NCBI GenBank assembly: GCA_965218935.1
Contig: CBDCMH010000013.1
Coordinates: 12,520-76,519 of the forward strand
DNA: 64,000 bases
Source of the DNA: Acidobacteriota bacterium
GTDB lineage: Bacteria > Acidobacteriota > UBA6911 > RPQK01 > JADFOI01
Reading direction: 5' to 3'
Notes under the pieces: model-generated
What the model was told of the DNA's origin: nothing
What the model saw: only the letters and a program-made list of their open reading frames with translations
The model's database searches: none
Part shown: piece by piece, positions 45,709-54,385 of the stretch
Position numbering within the stretch: the stretch's first letter is position 1
Layout: each line of letters opens with the position of its first letter
Program-made: the position numbers and the translations under genes

Positions 45709-46367
45709 GCGATTCTTATCGGTTCGAGCGGGAGCGCATGGTAGAGCATCAGTTGAAGAAAAGAGGCATCCACAACGCTCAGCTACTGGAGGCTTTCAAG
45801 AGAGTTCCGCGGCACCTGTTCGTTCCCGAAAATCTGAGAGACCAGGCCTATGCAGACGGTCCTTTGCCTATTGGGGAAGGGCAAACGATCAGCCAACCCT
45901 ATATGACCGCCATCATGACCCAATCGGCCCAGGTGGTGCCGGGAAATCGAGTCCTGGAGATCGGTTCCGGCAGTGGTTATCAGAGTGCCATCCTGGCTGA
46001 GCTGGGCGCTGAAGTCTACACCATTGAAAGAATCCCGGAGCTTCTCGAGCGCGCCCGGCAGGCTCTGCGACATCTCAATTACCCTCGAGTCCATACACGA
46101 ATGGGGAACGGCACCTTGGGATGGGAGGACGAAGCCCCCTTTGACGTTATTCTCGTCACGGCTGGAGCCCCCGAGACTCCCAGGCCACTGCTGGAACAGC
46201 TGGTCGTCGGGGGTAGACTGGTGATCCCTCTGGAAGAAGGCTATTCTCAGGTGCTTTACGTCGTAAGAAGGAGCAAGGAAGGATTCCACAAGGAACGAGG
46301 TGAGCGCTGCACTTTTGTGCCTCTCATTGGTGAGCACGGCTGGAAAAAGGAACCGAAAGTGCGGTGA
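45705..46367 (+). CDS. pcm: protein-L-isoaspartate O-methyltransferase
   Basis: VPRHLFV, QTISQPY, LEIGSGSGYQ and FVPLIG motifs. Confidence 0.95.
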   Translation: MSDSYRFERERMVEHQLKKRGIHNAQLLEAFKRVPRHLFVPENLRDQAYADGPLPIGEGQTISQPYMTAIMTQSAQVVPGNRVLEIGSGSGYQSAILAELGAEVYTIERIPELLERARQALRHLNYPRVHTRMGNGTLGWEDEAPFDVILVTAGAPETPRPLLEQLVVGGRLVIPLEEGYSQVLYVVRRSKEGFHKERGERCTFVPLIGEHGWKKEPKVR

Positions 46368-46376
46368 GTGACGCTG

Positions 46377-47636
46377 TTAATCCTGTTTCTCTGACGTCTC
46401 TAGAGTCGGGATCAGCCCATCTGCCGCCCAGCTGGCCAGCTGGGCTTCCAGCCGGGCCCCTGTCTGAGAGGTTGGCGTAATCTCCAAAAAACGACGATAT
46501 TCAGCAGCAGCGAGGATAAAGTCTCCCTTTTGGGCCATGATCCATCCCAGAATATAGTGGGCTAACGGGTAGTTTTCGGCGGTACTGCTCTTTTGGACCT
46601 GCAACACCGACTCTTCGGCAACATCAAGCCTTCCCAAAGAGCTATTGGCCAGCGCATGAAAATAGTGGGCTCGGACCAGCTGAGAGTCGAGTTCAAGAGC
46701 CTGCCCACTGAACTGAGCGGCCTCTTCCCAGCGCCCCTGATCTATTTCCAACATAGCCAATGCAATATAGGGATTGGCGTACTCGGGGTCAGCGGACATC
46801 GCCTGCTCAAAAGCCTGTCGGGCGGGAGTGCGGTCCTGGAGTTCCAGGCGGACTTCTCCCAGCAGATGCCAGGCCGCGGCAAACTCAGGATAGATCTTTA
46901 CAGCCTTCTCGAGTTCTTCGCTGGTCTTCTTAAAGTTGACCTTTTTCTTGCCCAACTCCTTCAAGGCTTTTTCGTACGCCTTCTTGGCATCTTTGGGAGC
47001 GGCCAGGGTTTTTAAGCTGATGGTGGCAGTCTGCGCTCTGGTGGAGCGGTGGAGCACAATGACGCCTACGTCAGGGTTGTCCAGAGCTCGTCGTGGGCCC
47101 AGGTGAATCTTGTCTGATCGGAAACCTGCCAGCTCCGCCTCTAATTCACAGGCACTGAGATTGACCGAGTCTCCACGCATCGATCCCAGGGTGTCAGGGA
47201 AACCACTGTTGGCACTGCTGCCGCCAGCCATCCCTCCGCCCAGTTGCGAGTAGGTCGCAGAGGATATCGACGCGTCAATGGGCAACTGGGTATTGACGCC
47301 CGAACCTCCAAAGTCGATCTGAAAACCGAAGGAACCTCCGACGGAGGTGTAGACCTGCTGGATTGTGGTACCCTGGCAAACGAGTCCCACCTGTGTGGGT
47401 TCTGCAGGCGGCTCGCCATCGTCCAAGACAACCTTTCCGGAAAGAAACACCGGCCTCCGAAACTGACGGTTTCCGCGGGGTTGTCCGCTCTGAGAGCTAC
47501 TCCGGTCACCTGATGAGGGTTCCTGGCCCTGGCCTTGGCCTCCTTGGCCTCCTTGGCCTTGGCCCGTATCTTGCGCCAGCCCCCAACCCGAAAGCAGGCA
47601 AAGGAACATTAGAACAAGAAGCACGCGCTGGCCCAT
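46377..47636 (-). CDS. exported TPR protein
   Basis: Signal peptide, Gly/Gln-rich linker, C-terminal TPR repeats. Confidence 0.8.
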   Translation of the reverse strand: MGQRVLLVLMFLCLLSGWGLAQDTGQGQGGQGGQGQGQEPSSGDRSSSQSGQPRGNRQFRRPVFLSGKVVLDDGEPPAEPTQVGLVCQGTTIQQVYTSVGGSFGFQIDFGGSGVNTQLPIDASISSATYSQLGGGMAGGSSANSGFPDTLGSMRGDSVNLSACELEAELAGFRSDKIHLGPRRALDNPDVGVIVLHRSTRAQTATISLKTLAAPKDAKKAYEKALKELGKKKVNFKKTSEELEKAVKIYPEFAAAWHLLGEVRLELQDRTPARQAFEQAMSADPEYANPYIALAMLEIDQGRWEEAAQFSGQALELDSQLVRAHYFHALANSSLGRLDVAEESVLQVQKSSTAENYPLAHYILGWIMAQKGDFILAAAEYRRFLEITPTSQTGARLEAQLASWAADGLIPTLETSEKQD

Positions 47637-47967
47637 AGAAGCCTCCTTAAATGACGAGAGGAGCGGCCATCTGTTGATGGTCCATTATTACTATAGTTTG
47701 AGCTTCTTGTCCACTGTTATCGTTTGCAAGGGGGCGGGGGATTTTAATGAACTTTTTTGCAAACCTGACGTCTCTAGATAAACAGATGGTGTGGGGAGGG
47801 GACAGTATCTTCTCTCCTTCTTGAAAGCCCAATGGAGCACCTGCAGTTACTGGCTTCTCCTCACCTGTCCGCCCCCGACCCATTCTGAGGGGTAGGGTAG
47901 GTACCCCCCCCCGCAGTACCTAGCGAAGTGCTACTCAAGCACTGGATTCTGCGCTATAGACCCAATC

Positions 47968-48058
<91 letters not shown>

Positions 48059-48100
48059 GAATGGCGGCTCACGAAGTGTTCCGAAAGGATGCTGTATTGT

Positions 48101-48826
48101 AGGGTCGGGGGGACTACCTTCAAACCCTGGATGTGACGGACGTGAAAGCGGTGCGCAATGGGGCAGCTAAGGCCCAGGTGTGGGTCCTGGAAGCGATGAA
48201 GCTGCTTCAGAAGCGCTCGCCCTTCCCTTGGCTGGGGATGGCTTCGGACAACGGCAGCGAGTTCATCAACAAGCACTTGATTCGTTTTTGTGAGCAGGAA
48301 AAGATCAGCTTCAGCCGAACCCGCCCCTCGCGCAAGAATGACAACCCTTATGTGGAGCAGAAAAACTATTCGGTGGTTCGGCGGGCCGTGGGTTATGCTC
48401 GCTACGAGGGAGAGCGAGAACAGGAGCTGGTGAACGAGTTGTACGAGCTGCGACTGCAGATCAACTTTTTCAAGCCGGTCATGAAGATGGTGGCCAAGCA
48501 ACGTCGAGGGTCTCGGATCTGGAAAAAGTATGATGTTTGATCTGCGAGTCCCCTGAGGTGGCGGACAAGATCAAGCGGGAACTGGCCCGAGAGTATGCTC
48601 AATCCGGCCCAGCTGGCACGGCAGATCGGCTGGCTTCTCAAAACTCCTGAGCAGAAGAAACGATGGGAAGCGGGCTGGATGTGAAAATCTTTCTCTTGCT
48701 GCAGGCTGCGGGTGTTGGGCAAGGGGTTGCCACTCCTCTGGTTGGTGCTTTTTACCAACTTTTTTCCCTTTCGGATGATTCTTAGTGAGGCAACGAATAC
48801 CCTTTGGAATAGCGTGAGGCAACGGG
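48101..48826 (+). mobile_element. degenerate third copy of the 1465-bp IS (5' 668 bp missing, many small indels)
   Basis: Matches the reverse complement of 19430-20226; ends ...TGAGGCAACGGG. Confidence 0.92.
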
Positions 48827-48834
48827 ACCGACCA

Positions 48835-49596
48835 TCAAGGGAGTTTTGCTTCAACTTCCCTGCTCAATCTAAAGCTGAATTTGTGCTCCGGTTGAAATTC
48901 GACTTCCTTGCCCTTGGTTGTCAGTACGGTGGCCGTACCGGCTCCACCCCCAACCGCAGCACCGGCAACGGCTCCCTTTTTGCCGCCGATAATTCCGCCC
49001 ACTAACGCCCCCACGCCGGCAGCTCCTCCGATCACTGTAGCATCGCGACCCTCGGTGCCTTCGGCCTGAATGATGATATTGTCAGTCTTGACCCAATAGA
49101 TTTCTTCCCGGGGTCGAAGTTCCGTCAGGGTAAGGGTCATTTCCGCGCGGCCTTCAACCCGGCCTGAGCCTTTTACGGCTAATAGCGTGCCCTAGACTTT
49201 TGTTCCTTGCGGAAACGCGACTTTCCCGTTGATTTTCAAATCCCGGTCCAGTATGGCTGCCAGCTCATCGCCGTCTCTATTGGTCCTAGTGCTAATCGGC
49301 TCTGCCAAGCGGACCTCCAGCACAGTGCCCGCAGGGAGCATTCCCGTTTCAGGTTCAGGAGGGGGTGGCGGCTGAACGGCAGCTGGTTCAGGTTGCAACT
49401 CTTCTTGCCAATCAGCTGGCGGGGAAGAAACCGCAGGGCTGGCCTCAGGCTGTGCTTCTACCGGGGCCGCTGTTTCACCTTCGGCTTGATCCGAAAGGGG
49501 TTGCTCTGCCTGCTGTTGGGCCTCCTCTGGAGTCCCGCTGCAGGCAAGGAGGCTGGTCAACAAAATAATCGAAAGGATGGCCGGATTTCTGAACAT
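48835..49596 (-). pseudogene. lipoprotein with glycine zipper, interrupted by an in-frame TAG at 49192-49194
   Basis: Lipobox LLAC; the frame continues GTKV*GTLLAVKGSGRVEGRAEMTLTL into ORF 48835-49140. Confidence 0.75.
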
Positions 49597-49658
49597 AGAT
49601 TTCTCCTCTTCCAATTCACAGTCTAAAGATGCCTTGAGAGGAGACAAGTTTCAAAAGG

Positions 49659-49705
49659 AGTGTCGTAGGGAGTTCCGGGCCTGTCCCTGAACTCCCTACG
49701 ACACT
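49659..49705. terminator. inverted repeat (family C-related) at the end of the lipid operon
   Basis: AGTGTCGTAGGGAGTTC...GAACTCCCTACGACACT. Confidence 0.55.
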
Positions 49706-51270
49706 TCACACAACCATAAGGGGGGCCAGTGGAACTGAGTGATGGACACACTGCTCTGGCTTAGCTCGGACTGGGCCATCTCGATGGCCTCGGGAAGGCT
49801 CTTTGCGGTATCGAATCCAAGGGTGGTGGCGACTTCTTTATCCTTGGCCTTGACCACAATGATTTTGCTCAAATACTCCATGGCATAACACCCCCAATAC
49901 CACATGTAAAAAGGGTGCGCTCCGTGGTAGGCGTAGGAGTTGCGGTAAAGGTCAATGTAGCGCTCGTTGCAAGCAAATTCCTCTTCATATTTTTCGATCT
50001 CGGCGGCCACCTTGGTCTGGGTCAGGATGCGGTCGAAGAACTCGATATAGGAAGGATGATGGACGGGATGAAACATGCGATCCAGCGGATGAAAAAGAAT
50101 CATGACACCGCCTCTGCGAACCAACGGCTTTCCGATATAGAGATTAAAGAGATAACCCGCCGTCAAATTCACGATCAGCAGAGGGTTCATCATGGAGTTG
50201 ACGTTATAGGGGCCGATATAGGGAACTCCGGCCAGGAGAACATCGGACTGCCCTTCAACCGGCACCACCTGTTGCTTCAACACGTTCTGAAGTGTCTGCC
50301 CATGCACCGAGTCGTTGCTTCCCGCCTGGATGCTGGTCATCCCGTAGGGTGCGCGCATCTGCATGAAAGCCTTGCGCCTAACAGAAGGAGGGGTCACCGC
50401 CAGAACCCCCTTACTAACATGCAAGTTAAGCTTATCGAACAGGTTGAGGTGACGTTCCTGCTTTTGGAGAAAACTGAAGGCCCTGGGGAAGGTGTTGGTA
50501 TTCAGCGTGGTTTCGATGTGGAAAATATTGTTGTTCTCTTCAAGGATTTCCCCCATGCGGCCCAGCACACGATGCAGTTCCGAGCTTGGGGGATGCATGT
50601 AGGATTGGGAGTGCATGAGGGCATGGACATTATGGTGATGTTTCAGGCTGCGATAGGTGGGAAGTCCGGTGAGAATAGATTTGTTTCCGCCGTCCATGCT
50701 GGACAGGTTGATGTTGACATAGATCAGAAGATCGGACTGAGCCGCCCGGCCGTTGATCTCAACGACCTCACCGTTTTCCGTCTCTCCGAGGTATTCGATG
50801 TTTCCCTTATCCTCGGCATCGTGGTTATACAGCCTATCGGGATAAAACTCATCAAAGACCTTCGCCCCCACGCAGCGGCGGATTTCCGATCCTGTCATTC
50901 TTCGATGTAAGCCCGTTGCTACAATGAGGTGAATGTCCGTGACTCCGCCGCTCGCCAGCGCTTCCAACACCACTTCCAGGATCAACTGTCGCAGGTCCGG
51001 CCTTTGCATCGGGGGCAGGGGCAATGAGAGGTCATCAAAAGCAACCGTCACCTTCATCCCTGGCCTCAGCTGTGCTGAGAGGGGTGGGCATCCCAAGGGA
51101 TTCTCGATGGCTTGCTCCGTAGCAGCCTTGACGTCCGCGATGGCTTCCAAGGGCGGCGGGGCATAGATAACGCGGGTTCCCTCGGGTACCTCTTCGTATA
51201 AAAAGTCTTCCGCGTAGTGGAACAACAGCTTCTCGCCTGGCTTCGTGTAATAAATGGAATCGTTGCTCAT
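49696..51270 (-). CDS. LarA/DUF2088 (lactate-racemase-like) domain protein of the ether-lipid cluster
   Basis: ENPLGCPPL, FDDLSLPLPPM, ATGLHRRM, NHDAED and DGGNKS; LarA-N-like pattern. Confidence 0.75.
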   Translation of the reverse strand: MSNDSIYYTKPGEKLLFHYAEDFLYEEVPEGTRVIYAPPPLEAIADVKAATEQAIENPLGCPPLSAQLRPGMKVTVAFDDLSLPLPPMQRPDLRQLILEVVLEALASGGVTDIHLIVATGLHRRMTGSEIRRCVGAKVFDEFYPDRLYNHDAEDKGNIEYLGETENGEVVEINGRAAQSDLLIYVNINLSSMDGGNKSILTGLPTYRSLKHHHNVHALMHSQSYMHPPSSELHRVLGRMGEILEENNNIFHIETTLNTNTFPRAFSFLQKQERHLNLFDKLNLHVSKGVLAVTPPSVRRKAFMQMRAPYGMTSIQAGSNDSVHGQTLQNVLKQQVVPVEGQSDVLLAGVPYIGPYNVNSMMNPLLIVNLTAGYLFNLYIGKPLVRRGGVMILFHPLDRMFHPVHHPSYIEFFDRILTQTKVAAEIEKYEEEFACNERYIDLYRNSYAYHGAHPFYMWYWGCYAMEYLSKIIVVKAKDKEVATTLGFDTAKSLPEAIEMAQSELSQSSVSITQFHWPPLWLCEVS

Positions 51271-51284
51271 GGTTTTGTCTCGGT

Positions 51285-51417
51285 TAGCCCGGATTATGCA
51301 TAGGTTCTCGTTACGAAGTGACGAAAGCGGCGGCCTGGCAAGGCGCGCTCGAGCGCAAGGCGGGCAGGGCGGATGATTTCGTAGCTGCAGTAGGGAATTT
51401 ATGCATAACCCGGGCTA
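51285..51417. repeat. MITE/REP-like family A copy
   Basis: TAGCCCGGATTATGCATAG...TTATGCATAACCCGGGCTA. Confidence 0.88.
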
Positions 51418-52362
51418 GCTGTGCATTCTCATGACATTATTCATAAGGGGAAGTCTGCTGATAGGAGACAGACCACCCAGGCTCTGATGTTGGCGGTGAT
51501 GATTATAGAAGTGAAGCCAGGGGCGAAGCCAGCGAAAACGGTGGCCTGAAGTGCGGTAGGGGAAGCGGTAGGCCCACTCACGGAGGAGAGTCTGGATCAA
51601 GCGTTCTGCTTTGCCGTTGGTTTGAGGCCGGTAAGGACGGGTGCGGAGGTGGCGAAGCCCCAGTTGCTGGCAAAGACCCTGGAAAGCGTGGGAGACATAA
51701 CAGGAACCGTTATCGGTCAGGACCTGTTCTACCCGGATACCCAGCTTTTGGAACCAGAGGACGGCTCGGCCGAGAAAAGCCATAGCCGATTGTTTGCGCT
51801 CGTCCGGGAGAACTTCGACATAGGCCAATCGAGAGTTATCGTCGATACACACATGGACAAACTCCCATCCCACTCCCCGAGCTCGACGCCGTTTATCTCG
51901 AGTGATGCGATGCCCCACACCAGCAATCCTGCCCAGTTTTTTGATGTCCAGGTGCAACAACTGCCCAGGATGGTCGCGCTCGTAGCGACGAGCGGGCTGT
52001 GCAGGCTCCAGGCTCTTCAAGCGTCCCCATCCGGCTTGTTGCAGGATCCGGGCCACGGTGGAGCGGGCCAGACCCAAACGAGCGGCAATCTCGGCTGCCA
52101 CCATTCGACGACGGCGAAGACGGTAAATTGCCTCTCGATCCCGCCTCGGGGTCTGCCGGGCAATCCGAGCGGGTCTGGAAGACCGGTCTTCCAGACCCGC
52201 TCGGCCTTGGGCTTGATAACGAGCCAGCCACTTGTAGACGGTCCGCTCACTGATCCCCACCGACTGAGCCACCTCCTGGACCGATTGTCTTTGCTCTTTC
52301 ACTCGTCGGATGATCAGTTCTCGACTTCTTGGGCAGGTTCGGGCATTCTGGTGGATGTCCAT
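51415..52362 (-). CDS. IS481 transposase
   Basis: MDIHQNAR, HLDIKKLGRI, TDNGSCY and PQTNGKAER motifs; TAG stop supplied by the target site. Confidence 0.94.
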   Translation of the reverse strand: MDIHQNARTCPRSRELIIRRVKEQRQSVQEVAQSVGISERTVYKWLARYQAQGRAGLEDRSSRPARIARQTPRRDREAIYRLRRRRMVAAEIAARLGLARSTVARILQQAGWGRLKSLEPAQPARRYERDHPGQLLHLDIKKLGRIAGVGHRITRDKRRRARGVGWEFVHVCIDDNSRLAYVEVLPDERKQSAMAFLGRAVLWFQKLGIRVEQVLTDNGSCYVSHAFQGLCQQLGLRHLRTRPYRPQTNGKAERLIQTLLREWAYRFPYRTSGHRFRWLRPWLHFYNHHRQHQSLGGLSPISRLPLMNNVMRMHS

Positions 52363-52466
52363 TCGGGTTCTCCTTTCGGTGCTGATGGTCTAATCTTCCA
52401 ATCAGCATTGCCGAAAAGACTCGGATGGACAACCCCTTTTACTGAACAACCTGTTGAGAGTTCACA
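51420..52466 (-). mobile_element. IS481-family insertion sequence
   Basis: TIRs TGTGCATTCTCATGACATTATTCA / TGTGAACTCTCAACAGGTTGTTCA; flanks GCTAGC and ACTAGC (NCTAGN target). Confidence 0.93.
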
Positions 52467-52472
52467 ACTAGC

Positions 52473-53672
52473 TCACTTGAATTGAAACACCGTTTTGATG
52501 ACTTTCGACTGGGCCGTGTCCAGAGCGCACTGGACGGCGGCCCCATAGTCCTTCAGGGGAAATTTCGCTCCCACGATCTCAGCCAGATTATTCCTCTGCG
52601 CAACCAAAAGCTCCAGCGCTCGCCGGAAAGTGGCGGGCTCACTGGTGTAGCTGCCTTTCACCACGAGCTCCTTGTGCCAAATCGCCGTCCAGTCGATATT
52701 CCGTGGAATGCCCGGCATGCCGACCAGAATAACCGAGCCCCCGCCTCGCGTAAACCGCAGGGCGTCGTCAAGGGTGCGGCTTGACCCGACGCAGTCAAAA
52801 CAAATGTCGGCACCCCCAACTGCTGTGGGCCTTCCGAACTCCGGTTCATACAACCGGGCGTTCAAAGTTCGAGCGAGTTGCGGGTGGGAATCTTTTGCTT
52901 CAATCACAACGTCGGCGCCCAGGCGGCCGGCGGCTTCCCGCTGGTGCGGATGTTTGGCTACCGCCACAATACGGCAGGCACTTCCCAAACCCCGGATTGC
53001 TGCCAGCGTCAGCACCCCTATGGAGCCACATCCCAGAATGAGGACGGTGCAGTCATCTGCTAATGGAGCCTTCCGCACTGCCTGCAACGCACAACTCAAT
53101 GGCTCCGCGATCACAGCCTCTTCGTTGGAAAGCTGGTCGGGGACCGGGTGGAGCTGTTTGTAGTGAGCCACAAAGTTGTCGCTCCAACCACCTCCCGTAT
53201 CCCTGCAATAGCCCGTCTGAATCCCGGGTGAAAGGTCACCTCCGTTGAAATTCACGCAAAGAGACTTGTTCCCTGCCTGGCAGGGTTCACACTTTCTGGC
53301 AATACCGCGAATTTCGCAGCTCAAGGGTGGTTCCAGCACCACTCGGTCTCCCTCTTTTGGAGCCCCCGCCTGCCTTCCCGCCTCCACGATCTCTCCGACT
53401 ACCTCGTGCCCTAAAACAAAAGGGCACGAGGTAAACGGGGAAAAATAGACACTGCCTTTCGCGGTAATCGTGGCCAGGTCGGAACCGCAGATGCCGCTGA
53501 GAAGGGGTCGCACGCGGACCCACTCACTCCCAGGCAGGCTGGGCTGCTCAATCCGGCTAAGACGGATGCAGGCAAACGGAGAGGTGGCTGCCCGCGGCCA
53601 GCGGTTTGCCAGTGAGCGCACCGCCAGGTAGCGGGGACCGCTCTTGATGTATTGAATGGCCCATATTTTCAA
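52473..53672 (-). CDS. zinc-dependent alcohol dehydrogenase (MDR family)
   Basis: GICGSD, LGHEVVG, Cys cluster and GCGSIG motifs. Confidence 0.9.
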   Translation of the reverse strand: MKIWAIQYIKSGPRYLAVRSLANRWPRAATSPFACIRLSRIEQPSLPGSEWVRVRPLLSGICGSDLATITAKGSVYFSPFTSCPFVLGHEVVGEIVEAGRQAGAPKEGDRVVLEPPLSCEIRGIARKCEPCQAGNKSLCVNFNGGDLSPGIQTGYCRDTGGGWSDNFVAHYKQLHPVPDQLSNEEAVIAEPLSCALQAVRKAPLADDCTVLILGCGSIGVLTLAAIRGLGSACRIVAVAKHPHQREAAGRLGADVVIEAKDSHPQLARTLNARLYEPEFGRPTAVGGADICFDCVGSSRTLDDALRFTRGGGSVILVGMPGIPRNIDWTAIWHKELVVKGSYTSEPATFRRALELLVAQRNNLAEIVGAKFPLKDYGAAVQCALDTAQSKVIKTVFQFK

Positions 53673-54367
53673 GAGGTGCGTTCTTTCTTGCTTTCTTCAA
53701 GATCCCAGATAAGGATTTCCCACTTTTTCGCCCGAGCAATTTTTCGCAGTCGTCTTCCTGGGTTCACGACTCTGGCATATCCAACGGTTTCCAGCATCGG
53801 GATATCGTCCAGGCTGTCCGCATAAGCATAACACCTCGATAAATCCAGCTGGCGGTCCTTACTGAATGAAATAATGGCCTCGGCTTTGCTCTGATCGGTC
53901 AGCGGGCCTCCCTCCAGCTCACCCGTGAAAACGCCGCCCTTCTGACGCAAGCGCGCCGCGATCATCGCTGAGGCCTGAATCCGATTGGCCAGCGGCTTGA
54001 CCAGAGTCTCGAGAGAGTTGGTCACCAAAACGATCAGGTCGTTGCTTTCCTGGTGCTTTCGCAGCTGATCAAGGGACCCCGGGTAAATGCAAGGTTGCAT
54101 GAGTGCTCGAAAGTGATTCTCGGCCAAACCATCCAGCTGGGTCGGGCTCAGGTTTGTATAGTTGCGATAGAAGGCCTGGCTGAAACAACGGCGGCTGAGA
54201 GCATCCAGCAACAGGTAATAAGGGACCTTGGGAAGAAATAGGGTGATCCAGAGAGCCTTTTGCCACTCTGTCATTTCGCAGGTGCGCAGGTAGGCATAGT
54301 AGCGAACGACGTTTCCCTGGACGATTGTGCCATCGACATCAAAAAAGGCAGCCGCCTGGCCAGTCAT
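53669..54367 (-). CDS. HAD-IB family hydrolase
   Basis: FFDVDGT, K and YADSLDDIPML motifs. Confidence 0.9.
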   Translation of the reverse strand: MTGQAAAFFDVDGTIVQGNVVRYYAYLRTCEMTEWQKALWITLFLPKVPYYLLLDALSRRCFSQAFYRNYTNLSPTQLDGLAENHFRALMQPCIYPGSLDQLRKHQESNDLIVLVTNSLETLVKPLANRIQASAMIAARLRQKGGVFTGELEGGPLTDQSKAEAIISFSKDRQLDLSRCYAYADSLDDIPMLETVGYARVVNPGRRLRKIARAKKWEILIWDLEESKKERTS

Positions 54368-54385
54368 AGGAATCCCTTCGCCTTC

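Noticed and set aside
47515-47570. Tandem GGCCTTGGCC/TCCTTGGCC repeats
   Set aside because: They encode the Gly/Gln low-complexity linker of the TPR protein.
49915-50910. Long antisense ORFs (e.g. 4824-5609, 9373-10173, 49915-50910, 51622-52485)
   Set aside because: Shadow ORFs opposite well-supported genes in GC-rich DNA.
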